Shown: piece after piece, positions 25,145 to 38,009 of the stretch
Position numbering within the stretch: the stretch's first letter is position 1
Layout of the letters: each line of letters starts with the position of its first letter
Assembly (NCBI RefSeq): GCF_018350175.1
Contig: NC_058368.1
Location: 45,324,001 to 45,388,000, forward strand
Reading direction: 5' to 3'
DNA: 64,000 nucleotides
Origin: Felis catus
Taxonomy: Eukaryota
The notes under the pieces: generated by a model
Database searches by the model: none
What the model was told of the DNA's origin: nothing
What the model saw: only the letters and a program-made list of their open reading frames with translations
Position numbers and translations under genes: made by a program

Positions 25145-27814
25145 AAGAAAGAATTGTGTAGTCAACAAGATGCTCTTTTAGGCAGAACTGCAGATTCAAA
25201 GGCTATCTAGATGAACCTGCATATGAGAAGTTCAAGATAAGCATATAAGCCAATAATGAAAGTAAAATATTTTCCTGGTACAAAGTACACTTTGAATGAT
25301 AATTTATTTAATACATACAGGTATGTATGTTTTGATAAAACAGATAGAAAATGCTATAGGGTTTAAGAACTGAAATTCAACAACTTAAAGAAAAGGAATA
25401 CCTGAGGTGAACTTTGAAGAATTAAGCAAAAGATGAGATTCTAAACCATGATGTGGATTGTAGCCATGAAAAAATAAAGTGAAATGAAGTGACAAAAGAA
25501 GTGGTTAGACCTGAAGTGATCAAAGAAGCTGGAAACCAGGATTAGAGAAAACAATTTAAAGTGAATAATGAATCTTCCAAAAAGAATGACAAGGAACAGG
25601 GTGAAGGTTATATTATTGAAAACAGAAACTGTATCTCATTCAATGCTTCATTATTAGTATCTTGAACTGTGCCTAATACTCAGTGATAATTCAAAAACTC
25701 TAGAAGGATGAACAGTAGGGATAGAGGAAAGACTGAAGGAAGACTATGTAGTTCTTTGTGTTAATGGTTGGTATGTCATAAATGATCCTCAAAGAAGAGA
25801 TTGCTGGGTTGAGAGGAGTAGAACAACTTTTGAATTGAGGAGAGAGTGACACGGAAAACACTAATGCTTCCTTTTGGCAGGAAGAGTTGAGAAGGATGAC
25901 AGAAACGGCCAACACTGGAGAATATACAGAGGCATATACTTAGAACAATCAAGTATAGTTTCAGTTATTGAAATGATGTGAAATAATATACAATGATGAA
26001 GTTTTACAGTGGTTATCTGTCTTTTCCAAGTGATCACTATTAGCTACAACCTTCATAGCATAGCATTTGACTTGAATCCGTGCTCAGCCAATTGTTATGT
26101 CAGTTTTATATTTGAATGGCAAAACAAATAAACATTATAATACCCTAATTCACCCTAAAGTGACATGACTAGCTCAGCAAAAATAAATAAATAAAGAAAT
26201 AAGTGTTTGAAACATAGTATTCGAGGAGCTCTCATGTAAGATGGGGTGATGATTTAACTCCTTTATCATGTGATTGGGAAATCTTTCCCAAATCCCAGGA
26301 TGATTTTATTATCAATTCACAGGTGCTACACCATTTGTTATAAGAAGAGTGTTTGTAAGGTAAAGAAAATACTTTGACATTTGGGTACTTTGACATTTAC
26401 CATTGCCATTAATGATGCTATAAAAGCGTCATGCAGAATGCCATTTATCCATGTACTGATGCTTATTAATTACAAATATTATATAATCTCTTTTAGATGT
26501 AAAAGGTTATGTGTTCTTTTTATTTCACATTCTGATTGAATCTAAATCAGCACAGAAGCAGAACCACTCTAAACTCAAATGTGAACTTTAAATAGGATTT
26601 TAACCTCAGGGATTTGCATGTCAGAAAGAATTTAAAGCCATTGAGAGAATCAGCAATGAGATATACTTTCTGTAAGCGATAACATTGCTTTTACAAATCT
26701 CCTATCTCCCCATATACACTAAAGAAAAACATAAAGGTAACACCATTCAGATTCCTGGCATAGGGAGTTTTACTTGGGTATATGATTTAATTATATGCGG
26801 GTATGAAAAAGAAAACCACCTCTACAGTGGTGTAAGAATATGAATATTTAATGTGCCCCTTTTAAAGGAGAATTATTTGATATATTTCAATAGATACTGA
26901 CAAAAGGACTTGAGTGGCAAAAATGATTCTAGCCAGAACCGGACAGAGAGCAGCGGACCTTGCTGTATAGCACTTTATAGGTATGCAAAATAGAAAATAC
27001 TTTCTTCTGGGCAAATTTTCCTTAATGTTCTCTTTTTCTGCTCTGCATGAGCACTGAAGGTATATTTATATTCAATGATTCCTTCACATCTAATAATACC
27101 AGTATTTATTTTGGGTTAGTAGTCCTCACTCTGCTCCAATGAGGAGTTTCATCCGTACTATAGAAACACACAGGAGCCTCACAGATAAACTCCAAACTTA
27201 GAGCTTGATTTTTAGGAGCACATGGTGATGATAATTAAAAATACATGTTTACTTTGATAGACAGAAGTCAATTTTTTTTGGTCTCCCTCTTGTGTTTTCT
27301 GTAACATGGAGACTAAAAATGGAATGTGAAAATGATTTTGCGATTCAGTTGTTCTGCAGTAGTACAGCTAAAATCATAAAATTGTGCTATTTTAGTTTCT
27401 AGTAAATATAAGTCTTAACTGAAAAATTCCACATACACAGAATTATGGAATGGTGGCCTACAAAGGAAATTTAGAAATCATCCAGAAATTACCATGCCTT
27501 AGAAAGGAAAATGAAGCCATAGAAGGGTTAGTTGTAATTTAAAAGATATAATTTTTCATATTCAAAATAATTAGTCATTTGATGGAAGAAGAATGACATG
27601 ACATGACTTACATTTGGTATGGTTGTTTTATACTGATGAATTGAGCATATACTTTAATTAATAACTAATTTTGGTTTGTTACCTGTCATTAATATAATTG
27701 GATTTTTTATGGTTTTGTTAAGAGCAAAAGAAATGTAACTGCATAAATTACCTCATTTCATCAATCAGAGGGAGAATTAGAATCAAAATAATTTTGTCCA
27801 AAAGTTGGGGCTAT

Positions 27815-28120
27815 TCATTTTAGCAACTGGTAAAGAGTTTGAATTTTATTCGGGGGAAAAAAAAAAGCAAAGCCATTAAAATATTTTATGCAGAAAAGTT
27901 ACATAATGCTACTACATTTTAAAAAGATCACTTGGGCCATTGTGCAGAGGACAGACTTTACAAGTGCAAGGGTTATAGCAAGGGATGTGATTAGGAGGCT
28001 ATTATATGACAGTGCTGATGGTGGTTTGGACAGCAGTGTTAATGGGGGAGGGGTGAACGTGCAGATTCTGTGTATATTTCAAAGGTATAGTCATAGGGTT
28101 TGCTAGTGAGTTTGGAGCTG
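27815..28120 (-). mobile_element. LINE-2 fragment
   Basis: GAGTTTGAATTTTATTC...TTTTAAAAAGATCACTTGGGCC...TTAGGAGGCTATT...GATGGTGGTTTGGAC. Confidence 0.75.
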
Positions 28121-28672
28121 GCAAAGAAAAAAAAAGAGGAGATAAATAAAGTCATCATAGATTAATATGATAAAGGAACTCACAGTCAACAGAGATATGT
28201 GTGATGTGTCCAATTAACCAGAAGTGGACTCAGCAATATGGAAAAAACAGGCATTTTCTACACCAAAGAAAAACAAAGTTTAAAGGAATACGTAGTAAGC
28301 AAAATTATATGTCAAAAATATTTGTACAAGAGAAATTGCTAATATAGAAGTTTACGTGCATCAAAGACCACAAACTTTACCAAAAAAAAAAGAGAATGCT
28401 GCTAGTTAAGTTTACTTGTGAAAGCTAAGAAGGTAATACTAGGACAGGAGCTATTCATGTGTCGAGTAAACATAATTTATAATGATGAGGTTATATTCAC
28501 TGCCAAATGTGAAGCACTAGCATACTATAAATAGAATAAATTTGTGTTTCAACGTGAGCTGATAATAGCTGCATACAAGTCACCCATATACTGTGGTTCA
28601 TATTTTTATGAACTAATTTGACTTTTTCCAAGATTCTATGTTAAAGAAGCCCATTAAGAAGAAATTCAGCTA

Positions 28673-28881
28673 GGGGCACCTGGGTGGCTCAGTCAGTTAC
28701 ACTTCCAAGGTCAGCTCAGCACATGACCTCATGGTTCATGAGTTCAAGCCCCTCATCCAGCTCTGTGCTGACAGCTCACACCTGGAGCCTGCTTTGGATT
28801 CTGTGTCTCCCTCTCTCACTGCCCCTCTCTGGCTCACACTCTCTTCTCTCTCTCAATAATCATTAAAAAAATTTAAAAAAA
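28673..28881 (+). mobile_element. Can-SINE
   Basis: Full-length; TSD AAGAA(G/A)AAATTCA(G/A)CT at 28656-28671 and 28882-28897. Confidence 0.95.
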
Positions 28882-29032
28882 AAGAAAAAATTCAACTGGA
28901 ATGTCTCCAAAGGACCAAAAACTACAACTGCAGATAACATTTGTATGAATGATGTCCAAATAAGAACTCTTACATTTTTCTTTTTTGTTGTTGTTTCTTT
29001 TGTTTGACTTTCCTAGAGAACTAGTAAGGTAA

Positions 29033-29371
29033 TGAAAGAGTGGGCCTACGCAGGCGGACTCCATCTTGTTCTGTGTCCTTCACCTTGACCACACCTCCTC
29101 CCCTTGAGTAACCCCCCCCTCACCTGCCTAACAGGACTCGGACCCTTCCCCAGCCAATCGGCTGAGGCCATAGCCATTACCTCACCAACTGCCCCTAGGC
29201 CCCAATAAAACCTTTGTCCTTTTGAAACTCGCTCTCTCTCCCTGGTATCTCACCGCTGCGTCGGTGCAGGTAGGGGATTGAGTTCGAGCTAGCTCAAATA
29301 AAGGCTCTTTGCTTTTGCATCGGACTCGGCTCCCTGGTGGTCTTTGGGGATCACGAATTCTGGGCATAACA
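29033..29371 (+). mobile_element. Young gammaretrovirus-like (ERV1) solo LTR, 339 bp
   Basis: TG...CA termini, 4-bp TSD GTAA (29029-29032, 29372-29375), CCAAT 29154-29158, TATA-like AATAAAA 29204-29210, polyA signal AATAAA 29297-29302, 12 CpGs. Confidence 0.92.
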
Positions 29372-31203
29372 GTAAATGTACATGGAAAGTAAAAAAACAA
29401 AACAAAACAAAACAAAAACAAAAACACTAGCTCACAGTGGATAGAATACATAAATGAGTCTTATTTTTACAACAAATGTTACTGAATACTTTCTTCATTG
29501 GAATATTTGTGTATGTAGAAATGGAAGAAGACAGATTTAACAATGAGCAACCAGTATGCAACAAAGATTTTTTAATACGTGATATTTTAGTTCTCAGAAT
29601 TACCTGTACTATTCTGATGATTTCAGTTCTCAGAATGACCCTGTCCTGTTTTGATGATATATCTCCATATTAAGAGGAAAAAACTGTAGATGGAGTTCAC
29701 AGTTAAGCAACTTGCTTTAGTTTTCTCTCTAAAAAATGGTAGGATCAATGGTCAAAACCAGTTTAGCTCCACTGTGAAGCCTCCTTTGAGTAATCTTGGC
29801 TCATTAAACAAATTAATATTCCAGCCATGGAAGTATTCTGCCAATAGAGATAACCAGGAAAAAAAATTGATTCTGAGTTTTTCATTTATTTATTACTCTT
29901 AGAAAGAAGAACAGGTAACTAAATTGTTTAATTAAAAATGAAAAATATCCGTAATTACTGAATAATAAAATTCCCTTATTTTGCTCCTTATCCTCTGTTT
30001 ATGCAGCTGGAAAAAATTAATTTATCCTTACCTATTTTATCTTATTCTGGATGATGTGTCAAGCTGGATGATTTCACCAAGCTGTTGATAACGTGCCATC
30101 TTACACTTGGGAATGTGCTATTGTGTACAATTTAATTACTGAATTATCACACATTTTCCATGCATATGTTCATAAATTGAATCTATTGTCAATCATTTAT
30201 TTTTTCTTCTGTGACAGAGAAAAATCTATTTCTACCCATATGTGGCTGAAAATAGTGTTTTTATTCTTCTTCTTTGTCGGTTTTAGGATTACAAGAAGTT
30301 GTCTTTATTGTTTGTCATTGTTTGCAAACACATTTGGAAACATCATTTGCACAAGACATTGGAAAAGCCTTTCTGGTTTGATGGTTCTCATTCTAGGAAA
30401 CAATAATTTAAAATGATGGAGAAAAGCTAAAATTAACTTTAGCTTAGTTTCCTTGATTCTAAATGCTTTTTGCTCACATCTTTATTAAAGGCTTACATAA
30501 CATTCAATTTAAACTGCATTCAATCCACTATGACAAGTTCTACCCAAATGCTCTAAAAACATAACTTCTCTTAGAAACAGCTTTCACTCTGTAGTATAAT
30601 AGTTGTGGGATGTTTTGATACAATTTGAACCAAAACACCTCAAGGTTCAGCAATCTGATGCTAGGAAGTAATTCATAAAACCTGACTTTTTATCAATTTG
30701 ACTTTGAGACCATGTACATAAATTAGAGTTTTTAACATTTTTATCAATAAATAACTACTTAATGATACTATCGCATTGCTTCTGGGTGACGACATTGTAA
30801 AGAACTGTTCTTCCTTTCTCTGCCTGTTTCCTTCAAGATACATGAGATCATTAGCCTTTGAGCCCTTGATACAGAGAATAATGAAGCTGGTGAGTCATTT
30901 AATTTATAGCTTTTTCAGATAGTGCATGATATTATCTAATCTTAACTCTTAAATTCAGTGCCCTAGTCAGGCTTTCTCAAGTCAGTCATTTAATAACATT
31001 GCATCTGGCATTAAATTGAGCCTATGAATTTAGTTGCTGTTCTATACTGTGGGGTCCTCCTAACAAAATTTGCAAATGGAAAAAAAAAAAGAGACTACAT
31101 TGCTTCAGGTTAAATACCGGTAATTTTGACTTGCAGTACATTAAAACTTTCTTATCTAAAAACCACACCATCATCTCAACATAAGGATAACATTAAATGA
31201 AAC

Positions 31204-31927
31204 TGATGAGGAAGCATAAGGCAAGCTGACACCCTGTAACCACCCCTCCCCCCCTCCCCCACCCCAGGCCTCAAAGGTGGGATATGTGTGGCACTCCTAT
31301 GGCACTACCAGCTGCCCAAGAACAAAGGAAAGGGGAAAACAAATGGTTAACTGATAGAGATCACAGTCAAGCAGGACCTGAGTCTGGATCAGTTTACATA
31401 GATCTTAGTAGGTTGTAAGAAAAAGGCAATCTTATCAAGAGCCTAATCTCCAGAAACCTATAGACTCAGTTTCCTGGAGCCCCAACATCACCCTCCCTTC
31501 CATAGTGATGTGGGGAACAAAGACAAGAAGGAAATAACAGGTAAAAGTAAATTTCTTTATAACCTGCAGCCCATTGACAAATCCTCCAGGCAAATACCAC
31601 AGAGATTTCTCCAGGAACTCCCTATGGTCTTAATGTTATGTTAATGCTTACTAGAGGGTAAACAACCTTAGTTTGAAAGTAGCTAGGCCTCAGGTATCTT
31701 ATGATCCTCATTAGCATATGAAAGTCCTTCTGGAGGCCTCCTTTTTGCTTTTACCTCCCCCAACTCCATGGTGTATAATCAGTTACTCTTTATAACCCCA
31801 GCACAGCCCTTTCTGCCCACTGCTCCTGTCCCTGTGCTTTAATAAAATCATGTTTTTGCACAAAAGACATCTCAAGAATTCTTTCTTGGCCATCAGCTCT
31901 GAACCCCACCGCTCCAAAACCACATTA
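31204..31927 (+). mobile_element. Carnivore ERV1-type solo LTR (~724 bp)
   Basis: Starts TGATGAG and ends CCACATTA (decayed inverted termini); GTATAA TATA-like box ~31773, AATAAA at 31841; near-TSD AAAC/AAAG. Confidence 0.8.
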
Positions 31928-32615
31928 AAAGTACTAGTATATCAAATATACTTTTACAGTTGTAGTTTATCAGAAATAAGTTAAACATGGCAGGCTATAT
32001 CCAAGGGTGAAAACCACCAATGAAGGATCCTATCAACATCTTACAACTGAAGACAGAGTCATTTGTTGACTGAAACCAAAATGATCTTTTATTTGCCACA
32101 TGAACTTCCTGAGGGTAATTCTGATCTATTTATTGCAAACTGTCTTGTCACTTGTTATAGCATATATAGGAAACAAAAGTCAGTAACTTGAAAGCACAAA
32201 TAACTATTTAAATTTGATGCTTGAGAATTCCTCTCAGAAAAGAAGAGACCAATTGCTTGGGATAACGAAACTAAAAGGAACACCATAGTTTGTATTTAAC
32301 TTGACATCTTAAGTTTGTTCCAATAAGATATTGAACTAAAATCCCAGTGATGGCTCTGTGTCAGAGGGTTTATTGAGGCTACATTATTTTTGTTCCATAG
32401 AAACTTAATTTTTACTTTTATTCCATTATCTTGTATTAAAGGATGCTGAATAAACATCACCATGAAACTCATTATTATATTCACTGTAAAACTGTCATTG
32501 AGGATTTTACCTGTTAATTGGCCTATTGTCTTCCCTGCGGTGACCCATGAGAGCCATGTCTCTCATAGTCCAGTTCTGCATTTCTTGTGAATTCCATTTT
32601 AATCTTCAAATTACC

Positions 32616-32906
32616 TTTTTTTAAAATGTTTATTTATTTAGAAAGAGACAGAGACAGAGAGAGAGAGAGGGGGGAGGGGGAGGGGGAGGGGGACGGGGAG
32701 GGGGAGAGGGAGAGGGAGGGGGAGAGGGAGAGGGAGAGGGAGAGGGAGAGGGAGAGGGAGAGGGAGAGGGAGAGGGAGAGAATCCCAAGCAGGCTCCAAG
32801 CTCATCACGGAGCTCATTACGGAGCTCAATCTCATGACCACAAGATTATTACCTCAGAATGTATCTACAGTCGGGCGCTTAAGTGACTGAGCCACTGATG
32901 TGTCCC
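32616..32906 (-). mobile_element. Can-SINE with expanded (GGGAGA)n tract
   Basis: T-tail, G-rich expansion 32669-32780, head remnant; TSD-like CTTCA(A/G)ATTA. Confidence 0.92.
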
Positions 32907-33052
32907 TTCAGATTATTTCCAGTATGCATTTTGTATATTAACTTGATACTTATCTTACAAACATATCCTATTATTTTCCTATTTTCCATAATCTTATTTT
33001 CTTTGCACAGCTATATACACTTAAATCTTTTGTATACTTTCAAACATTTATA

Positions 33053-33268
33053 GGGGCACTTGGTTGGTTCAGTCAGTTAAGTGTCCGACTTCGGCTCAGG
33101 TCATGATCTCGCAAGTTTGTGAGTTCAAGCCCTGCCTAGGGCTCTGTGCTGACAGCTCAGAGCCTGGACCCTGCTTCAGATTCTGTGTGTGTCTCTCTCT
33201 CTGCTCCTTCCCTACTTGTGCTCTCTCTCTCTCTCTCAAAAATAAATATTAAAAAGTTTTTTTTAATT
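33053..33268 (+). mobile_element. Can-SINE
   Basis: GGGGCACTTGGTTGGTTCAG head, full body, AATAAA tail. Confidence 0.95.
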
Positions 33269-33394
33269 ATATAAAAATAGTTATGAAGTAGATAGCAGTA
33301 TAATAAATACACAGCAATTAAAATATGTTTTCAACAGTTAACATTTTTTCCACTTATGATAACAATTAGGACTTGTTCTTAAAAATATTTATAT

Positions 33395-34066
33395 GTTTTT
33401 AAATTGAAGTTTAGTTGACACACAGTCTTATATTAGTTTCAGGTATACAGCATAGTGATTCGACAAGTCTATATATTAAGCTACCACAAGTGTAGCTTCC
33501 ATCTGTCTCTATATGATAATTGACTATGTTCTCTGTGCTCTAACACCTTTTATCCCCATAACTTATTTATTCCATAAATGGGAGCTTCTACCTCTCACTC
33601 CCCTTCACTCATTTTGCCCATCTTTCCATCCCTTTCACCTCTGGCAATTACCCTTATGTACTCTGTTCTTTATGGGTCTGTTACTGTTTTCTTGTTTGTT
33701 CATTTGTTTTTTAGATTCCACATATAAAGGAAATCACATGGCATTTTTTTTTTCTGTCTTACTTCATAATACTCTCTAGGTCCATCCATACTGTCACCAA
33801 TGGCAAGATCTCATTCTTTTTTTTTAGGCTGAGTAATATTCCATTGTGTGTATGTGTATGTGTATATGTATATGTATGTATATACATCTTTTTTGTCCAT
33901 TCTTCTATCAATGGACCCTAAGTTTCTTCCATAGTTTGTTGTAAATAATGCTGCAATAAATAGGGGTGCATTTATTTTTTCAAATTAATGTTTTTGTTTG
34001 TTTTTGGAATTACTGGATAGTATGTTATTTCTATTTTTAATTTTTTGAGGAATCTCCATACTGTTT
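33395..34066 (-). mobile_element. Carnivore/L1MA-type L1 3' end
   Basis: TTAGTTTCAGGTATACAGCATAGTGATT, TTTTTAGATTCCACATATAAG, GGCTGAGTAATATTCCATTG, TTTTTGAGGAATCTCCATACTGTTT. Confidence 0.88.
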
Positions 34067-34349
34067 AATACAATAGTTTTTATGGACAGCTCACCCATTA
34101 AACACTGTGGATTTCTTGATTGGTCCAATTTAACATATCTTCACTATAATAAAAATAAACAAATACCATTGAAGTTAATAGCAATAGGAATTTAAATAAG
34201 TTTTACTTTTGGAATTTATATTACTCTGGTATTTAGAATACTTTTTAATATTAGCTTTCTTATCTGGAACATATGAATAATAACCTGCCAGTTATGATTA
34301 TTATAAGGACAAGATCAGGTAATAATGTAACATAAATTTACTAAAAGTA

Positions 34350-34825
34350 AAGTCAATCAATCAGTAAGAAACAATATTTGGAGTGTATGTGAGCCAGTCA
34401 TTATGCTAAATATGCTGGATATGCACTGATGGACAAACAGACACAGTTCTTTCCCACTAGGACTAATGCTATAGAGGAGATATAAATGTATCACTAAATA
34501 TGTAACTTCAACTTGTGATAAATCATAGGGGAAAAAAAGGTACTACAGATTAAATGGTTACAATGTGCCTGAGAAAAATTACAGAAACACTGATACCTGG
34601 TAAAAGAGAAAGAGATAAAGCTATGAATATGCTAGGAAAAATGAATCACGTTCACATGATTTTCAGATGTGAGATTGATACAAATGACCAAAGTAAGAGA
34701 GACAAAAAGTGGAATAAGGTGAAATTAGATACATAGGTGGAATTCTGTTTATCTTACATTCTTACAGTTCATGTTAATCATTTCAGACTTGTCTCTAAGA
34801 AAATGTAAAGACGTTGAGACTGTTT
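34350..34825 (-). mobile_element. LINE-2 fragment (continues at ~36360-36690)
   Basis: CAATCAATCAG tail, TATGTGAGCCAGTCATTATGCTAAATATGCTGG; body resumes after the L1MC insertion. Confidence 0.6.
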
Positions 34826-34829
34826 ATCA

Positions 34830-36350
34830 CTGACTATTTTTTAAGAGCAGCTTTAGATTTATTGCAAGATTGAGAAGAAGGTACAGATTCCCCATAAACA
34901 CCCTATCCCCGCATATGCATCCCTCCCCAACAATTAACATTCCTCACCAGAGTGATACATTTGTTACAACTGATGAACCTACACTGACACATCATTATCA
35001 CCCATAGTCTACAGTTTACACTACCGTTCACTCTTGGTGTTGTACATTCTATGGATTTGGACAAACATATAATAATACATATCCATCATTATGGTATCAT
35101 ACAGAGTATTTTCACTGCCTTAAAAATCCTCTGCTTTCTGGGGCGCCTGGGTGGCGCAGTCAGTTAAGCGTCCGACTTCAGCCAGGTCACGATCTCGCCG
35201 TCCGTGAGTTCGAGCCCCACATCAGGCTCTGGGCTGATGGCTCAGAGCCTGGAGCCTGTTTCCGATTCTGTGTCTCCCTCTCTCTCTGCCCCTCCCCCAT
35301 TCATGCTCTGTCTCTCTCTGTCCCAAAAATAAATAAACGTTGAAAAAAAAATTTAAAAATCCTCTGCTTTCATTCTATGTTGCATTCCAACCCCAACTCC
35401 CAAGCACTAGCAACCAGTGACCTTTTGCTGTCTTCACAGTTTTGGCTTTTTCAGAATGTCATCTACTTGAAATCATACAGTAGCCTTTTTAGAGTGGCTT
35501 CTTTGACTAATAATACCCATTCAAGTTTCTTCCATATGCTTTCATGGCTTGACCATTTCTTTTTAGTCCTGAATCATATTCCATTGACTGGAGGTACCAA
35601 AGTTTATTTCTCCATTCACCCACCAAAGGACATCTTGATTGTTTCTAAGTTTGGGGAGTTATGAATTGCGCTGTTATAAACAACTGTGTGCAAGCTTTTT
35701 TTTGTAGACATCAGTTTTCAACTCCTCTGGGTAAATACGATGGAGTGTGATCACTGGATTATATGATAAGAGTATGTGTAGTCTTATAAGAAACAAACTG
35801 TCTCCCAGAGTGGCTATACCATTTGCATTCCCAACAGCAATGAATGAGAGTTTCTGTTGTTTCACTTCCTCACCTTTGGTGTTGCATTGGGTGTTGTCAG
35901 TTTTCCAGATTTTGGTTATTCTAATAGGTGTGTGTTGGTATATTATGGTTACTTTAATTTGTATTTTCCTGATGTGACATAAGGTGGAGCATCTTTTCAT
36001 ATGCTTACTTGGCACCTATGTATCTTTGGTGAGGTGTCTGTTAAGGTCTTTGGTCTGCTTTTAAATCAAGTTGTTTGTTTTCTTATTGTGGAGTTTTAAG
36101 AATCCTTTGTATATTTTGAGTAACAGTCCTTTATCAGATATATAATTTCCAAATATTGTCCTAGTCTGTGGCTTTTCTTCTTATTCTCTTGACACTGTCT
36201 CTTACAGACCAGATGTTTTAAGTTTCAGAGGAGTCCAGCTTTGTGGTTACATCTTTCATAGATCATGCCTTTTGTGTTGTCTCTAAAAAGTCATGGTCAT
36301 ACCCACAGTATTCCAGGTTTTCTCTAATGTGATCTTCTATGAGTTTTACC
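34830..36350 (-). mobile_element. L1MC1-like 3'UTR and ORF2 C-terminal relic
   Basis: TTTAAGAGCAGCTTTAGATTT...GTACAGATTCCCATA 3' end; ORF 35674-36015 (KHMKRCST...IQIK...YQHTPIR) is decayed L1 ORF2. Confidence 0.88.
35140..35352 (+). mobile_element. Very young felid Can-SINE
   Basis: GGGGCGCCTGGGTGGCGCAGTC head, ~11 CpGs; direct repeat TTAAAAATCCTCTGCTTTC at 35120-35138 and 35353-35371. Confidence 0.98.
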
Positions 36351-37199
36351 ATTGAGATATTTTAATTTAGAGTGAAATTACCAGACTTGTATTTATAAAG
36401 ATTTACTGGCTATTGTGCAAGAATGTTTTGAAGTACAAGTGTGAACTCAGGGATACAAACTAAGAATCTATTGTAATTACTCAGGCCAGAAATGATGGTG
36501 ACTTACACCAAGGTAATAACATTGGAGGCTAAGTCATGTGTACTTACTCCAAATTTAATAAGAGGAGAGAGAAGTGGAAGTTTGTAATGATAGGATGAAT
36601 GTTGATGCCTAAGAAGAGTGGATCATCAAAAGTGACTTTCATTTTACTGTCCTGGTCAATTCCACAGATTATGAAAGACTGTGGAAGAATAAGATTAGCT
36701 AAAATTCAAATAGAAAATCATGATATAGTGGATCACATTTTACCTGATCTTTTAGGCTTAAATGTGACTTAACATTTCCAAAGCAAGTTTTGCTTTTAGT
36801 ACCTTGTTTGGAAATACTATTTCCTATATATTGAGCACTGCTGCTGAATTACATTATGGATTTTTTTGGTACCTAAATTTATCAAAGTGAAGTCTTGTTA
36901 CACTCTCAATGTCACCTGGAAAAGAGAACTTCTGAAAAGTGAAGTAAGCAGTTGTTGCTTTGTGGAGGGAAAGTCAATAACTTGATTCATGACACCTTCA
37001 AATTTCTACATATTCAAAAGCAAAAAAGCAGATTACACAGTGGTGCTCAAAAAAGACCACATAAAATATAAAATATAGTATATGATATATCATGAGTATA
37101 AAATATATTTTATGAGTATAAAACAAAGCACTCAGAAATAATAAACACACAATAAGCAAACCAACTAACCTAATTTTAAAAATTAGAAAAACAAAAAAT

Positions 37200-37690
37200 A
37201 TGAAATGGAAGAATAAAATAACCATCATAAGAGAAAAATCAAACTCTTAGGATATTAGTGTTATACCTTTAAATAAATATTTTTGAAAATCTAAAAGAAA
37301 TTGATAACTCTCTAGGAAGTTATAATTTACCAAATATTACTCCAGCAAGGAAACTCTAAGAGGTATTTCCACAGAAAACAAATAGGTAATATTATCAAAG
37401 AGCATCCCTCTACCTCCAAATAATTTCACAGCTAAGTATTGCCACATTTAAAAATCAAATAATGTGAGGGATATGAAAAGGCATACAGAAAGCAAGTACA
37501 ACACTTGTGATACCTTATAAAAACTGCAGAAAGGAACATTCTTATCATTCACTTATGCAAAATTCCAAAGGAAATAAAAATACTAGCAAGCAGAAGACAA
37601 TGCCATGTCAACAAAATATATCATAATTAAGATTGATCCTGGTAACAAAAGGATATTTCAATGTTATAGTGACTGTCATACACTTCATTC
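37200..37690 (+). mobile_element. Old L1 ORF2 relic
   Basis: GAAAATCTAAAAGAAATTGATAA...TAATTTACCAAA; AAAAATACTAGCAAGCAGAA-type motifs. Confidence 0.55.
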
Positions 37691-37707
37691 AAACCAAGAC
37701 ATTTTTA

Positions 37708-37898
37708 TCTTTTGTTTATGTATTTATTTTAAGAGAGAGTACCTGCATGAGTGGGGGAGGGGCAGAGAGAGTCTTCAGCAGGTTCAATGCTGTCAACACA
37801 GAGCCAAACATAGGGCTTGATCTCACAAACTCTGAGATCATGACCTGAACTGAGATCAAGAGTCAGACGCTTAACGGACTGAGCCACCCAGGTGCCCA
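37708..37898 (-). mobile_element. Can-SINE
   Basis: Perfect 13-bp TSD CAAGACATTTTTA at 37695-37707 and 37899-37911. Confidence 0.96.
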
Positions 37899-38009
37899 CA
37901 AGACATTTTTAAAATGAAAAGAGTTACTCTTTCATTTATATATTTATCGATATATATATACACACACACAAAAGAGGAATGAATCAGGTCTATTTTGAGC
38001 AAACTATTA

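Noticed and set aside
26313..26355. Possible 37-nt exon (CACAG...AAG|GTAAAG)
   Set aside because: Poor pyrimidine tract and no supporting coding signal; expected by chance in 64 kb.
26932..26950. REST/NRSE-like CAGAACC-GGACAG
   Set aside because: The left half is mismatched and the canonical 2-nt spacer is absent.
29033..31927. Two same-strand LTRs as the ends of one provirus
   Set aside because: They differ in sequence and length, the first has its own TSD, and there is no primer-binding site or gag/pol/env remnant between them.
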